This document shows, in pieces, positions 61,083 through 64,000 of a stretch of DNA of 64,000 nucleotides. The number at the start of each line of letters is the position of its first letter. The first letter of the stretch is position 1. The DNA is from Lophium mytilinum (lineage: Eukaryota). Both the position numbers and the translations under genes were made by a program. The notes beneath the pieces were generated by a model. That model ran no database searches, was not told the DNA's origin, and worked only from the letters and a program-made list of their open reading frames with translations. Location of the stretch: contig MU004195.1 in the NCBI GenBank assembly GCA_010093605.1, positions 496,001 to 560,000 of the forward strand, in the 5' to 3' direction.

Positions 61083-63097
61083 ATGCGTAAATCCCTGTTA
61101 CGGGAGGACCATTCCAGCCCCTCCTCTTCGAATATTCCGCTCCTTCACGACCACGACATGGACGACGACCATCAGCTTGCATTTGACAATGGCAAAAACG
61201 CTTCTTCTACGGCGTATGATGGCCCCAGGCCGCATAACTACAAGGATTCTCTTAGTCCTATAGAGACATCGTCGACTGATGTTGACGAGGAATCGACTTG
61301 GAAGTCCACTCGCTTCCGATGGTTTGTGATCTTCGTTCTCAGCTTCAGCGGCGATGGCTGGAGCTATGAGGCTAGTGTCATCAGCTCTGTGTTGAACATG
61401 CCTCAATTCATTGCGCGTAAGTATAGTCGCGTTTGACTCGGGCGCATGATCAAGTAGCTGACACTTGCAGACATGGGATACGCTGATACGGGTGTCTTGC
61501 CGCATACCGCCAATATCCTCGTTGGCCCGATCTATTCGTGAGATATCCCGACACGCAATAACTACTTTCCACTAACGAAACACTTTCGCCTAGTCTTGGC
61601 CAACTCGTGGGCGGTCTTGTAGCAGGCTGGCAAGCCGACAGGTTTGGTCGCAAATCCACGCTTTGGACTGGCACGGTCCTTGTCCTCTTTTCGACCTCGC
61701 TGCTCATTTGGGCGCCCGACGTCGGCGTGCTCATCTTTGCCAGAATCGTCCAGGGAATGGCAATTGGATTCCTCATCTTGGGATTTCAGATCTATACTGC
61801 AGAAGTGGCCAACCAAAGGGAACGAGGCTTCCTCTCTGGAACATCCCTCATCTCAGGATGTATATTTTCGACCATTGCGGCGGCCGTAGCCTATGGAGTA
61901 ACGTACTCGAGTGGCAACTGGGGCTGGAGGCTGGCGTTGGCTATATCCTACATTCCTTCTGTGATTCTATTCTTCATGCTTCCGTTTATTCCCGAGAGCC
62001 CAAGATACTATTACGCCAAAGGCGAGGAGAAGAAGTCCCAAGAAACATTCATCCGATACCATGGCACCGATTCGGGACGGATGACGAAGCGAGCTGAACT
62101 CGAATATGAAGGCATGAAGGCTGCTTTGGCTTATGATCGAGAGGCCAAGAATACGGGGTGGAGTGCATTCTACAGTAAGATCGCTAATGATCTATCTAAG
62201 CCTCGACTGTTACGATTCTGACCAAATCCTCACAGACACCAAGGTTGCTCGTAAACGAACATTCATCGCGCTCTCCAGTCAGCTCATCTGGCCTTGGGCC
62301 GGCCAGAGCGCTTGGACATACTACTTTGGCCGCATGTACACGTACGCAAACATCACCGATGTCCACACCCAGTTCGGCATCAACTTAGCTCTGACTGTTG
62401 CTCAAATCTTCGCGGCCATCGGTGGTTCTTATCTGCTCGATCGCATGGGTCGGCGTCCTGCATTTCTCATCGGCATAGGCCAGGCAATCATCTTCTTGTT
62501 CATCCAGTTCATCCTTGCCATCAAGTTCTTCGACACCAACAGCAATAACAAAGCCGCCGGCGCTGCTTTCGTCAGCTGCTACTTTATCAGTCAGACGTTC
62601 TGGGTCATGTTCTTCAGCCCAGTCGTCTATCTGTATGTATGCGAGATCTTTGCAGGGCCGACTCGCGCGCGAGGGTTTGCTATTGGAAATGTTATTAGCA
62701 TGTTGGGTGCGTTTCCACCCTACTTTTTCATTTATAAATCCTGCTAACGAATTCAAAGGTGGCTTCATAGCCTTGGTTTCTTCACAGCCTACATTTGATA
62801 GCTTAAAAGGCTATGTGAGTTTGCGCGAACTCTTCCGTCCTCATAGACCACGCTAACATTTCCCGATTAGACCTGGTTGCTCTTCGCAGGCATTGAAACC
62901 GTGCTCTTCATCAACATTTTCTTCATGTACCCGTGAGTTCACCCCTTGCGCTGCTCGCTCGAGAACCAACTAACGTGGCTCCTAGTGAAACTAAGGGCAA
63001 GACTCTTGAGGAGATCGAGACTGTACTTGGCTCTGAAGCTGGTGCTAGTTTCGCTCACCACGTGGCCGAAGTGCGCGCAGAGGAACACATGGATTAG
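61083..63097 (+). CDS. MFS sugar porter (lactose/cellodextrin/hexose transporter-like), multi-exon
   Basis: ADRFGRK, ARIVQG.AIG, Y.AEVA...ERG, WGWRL, PESPR, LDRMGRRP, YVCEI....RARG, PETKGKTLEEIE. The start codon is uncertain. Confidence 0.9.
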
Positions 63098-63678
63098 CAG
63101 TCGTGTAGCAGTCGATTCGGCCAACGGCGTGCGTGAACGTAGGACTTTACAGCAAGATTACGATGAAGAAGCGCATTTGAAGCTAACTAAAAAGGAAGAA
63201 AGGCAGAGAGCGAGCTAGAAGTTAGGCGTGGTCTTGGCCAGTTATCTGTCATGGATACAGCAATAGACACGACATATGTGTTTCAGAATAGTATGAGAAA
63301 AGACGGGGATGAATGAACCGAAGTGTCTCTCTGTCAACCTCCTCCTTCTTTCTCGAGAGGTCCACGGCAGCATGAGCCGCGTTGTATCACCTAAATAGGC
63401 CAAGCTCAAATGAGGAGACAAGAATCACGTGATCTTCACACTGATATGTGTGATAAAACGTTCTGCGCGTTTATGTGATACGTATACTCTTGTAACTCAT
63501 TAAGAACATCCGCTCATTGATATTCTTCACAAGTGCTGCGAAAAAAAAGAGGTTACTGCGGGGGACGTGGTAGCTAGCAAATAAAGTGCCACCCAGGGCC
63601 CAGGCCCTCAACATATCAAGAACACCGTCCTTCCCCTCTGAATACCACTCACGTCTGTCATCAACAACGAATTATACA

Positions 63679-64000
63679 ATGTCCGCTCCCTTTGATCGCT
63701 TATCAGCAGATCTTGTGCCCCAGATATTCCAGTTCGTGCACGAGCGAGATCATTATAAGCTTACACTTGTCTGCAAATCTCTTCACGCTGAAGCCACCAA
63801 GCTTCTCTATAGCGACCTCGATCTCTTGCTCCGCTTTGACAGTAACGTAGCGCTCTTTGTTCGCACAATTATAGATCACCCCAACCTTGCCGAGCATGTC
63901 AAGGTCCTGGACGCACGCGGAGAGGCGGTCTCAGAAAACCTCGCTCGGCAGAGGAAAATGGAAGTTCGCCAAATCTTGTCACCAAAGCAACTGCGTACCC
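63679..64000 (+). CDS. F-box-like protein, truncated by window end
   Basis: MSAPFDRLSADLVPQIFQFV....LTLVCKSLHAEATKLLYSDL...LFVRTIIDHPNLAEHVKVL; open to the window edge. Confidence 0.7.
   Translation, partial: MSAPFDRLSADLVPQIFQFVHERDHYKLTLVCKSLHAEATKLLYSDLDLLLRFDSNVALFVRTIIDHPNLAEHVKVLDARGEAVSENLARQRKMEVRQILSPKQLRT

Noticed and set aside
20848..63432. Many CACGTG/TCACGTGA E-box motifs (e.g. ~20849, 20979, 33268, 48749, 50111, 59346, 63426)
   Set aside because: Common in fungal intergenic DNA, and one lies in an intron; no specific regulon can be inferred.
1..64000. Starship or other giant mobile element
   Set aside because: Cargo-like genes are present, but no DUF3435 tyrosine-recombinase captain or boundary was seen, and core genes are interspersed.

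Overview
Eukaryotic, intron-containing DNA from a filamentous ascomycete (Pezizomycotina), judged from short GT-AG introns with CTRAC/CTAAY branch sites, HET/NLR genes and RIP-like AT-rich patches. About 25 gene loci were read. Core-like genes include a SUR7/PalI protein, a MUP1-like amino-acid permease, a Gfo/Idh/MocA oxidoreductase, proteasome alpha-5 and an MFS sugar porter. They are interleaved with many non-self-recognition or cell-death-type genes (NACHT-WD40, HET-NB-ARC-TPR, two HET proteins, caspase-like, HeLo-like), several of them pseudogenised. There are also intronless bacterial-like genes (CotH kinase, NtaA/DszA-type monooxygenase, NYN-LOTUS) and small transposon relics, including a clean hAT MITE with an 8-bp TSD. 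Most notable: (1) a divergent Cys-rich bZIP / arsenite methyltransferase pair whose shared promoter carries three copies of CGGTGACATATC, a candidate arsenic-sensing module; (2) a head-to-head pair of a HeLo-like/kinase-like gene and a mosaic zinc-finger gene carrying a captured Rsc7/Swp82 domain and a WW domain, resembling a sensor/executor pair; (3) a HET gene whose first 37 codons are flipped by a ~172-bp micro-inversion; (4) a secreted SOD that keeps all Cu and Zn ligands. Family assignments come from motif recognition only; no searches were run.
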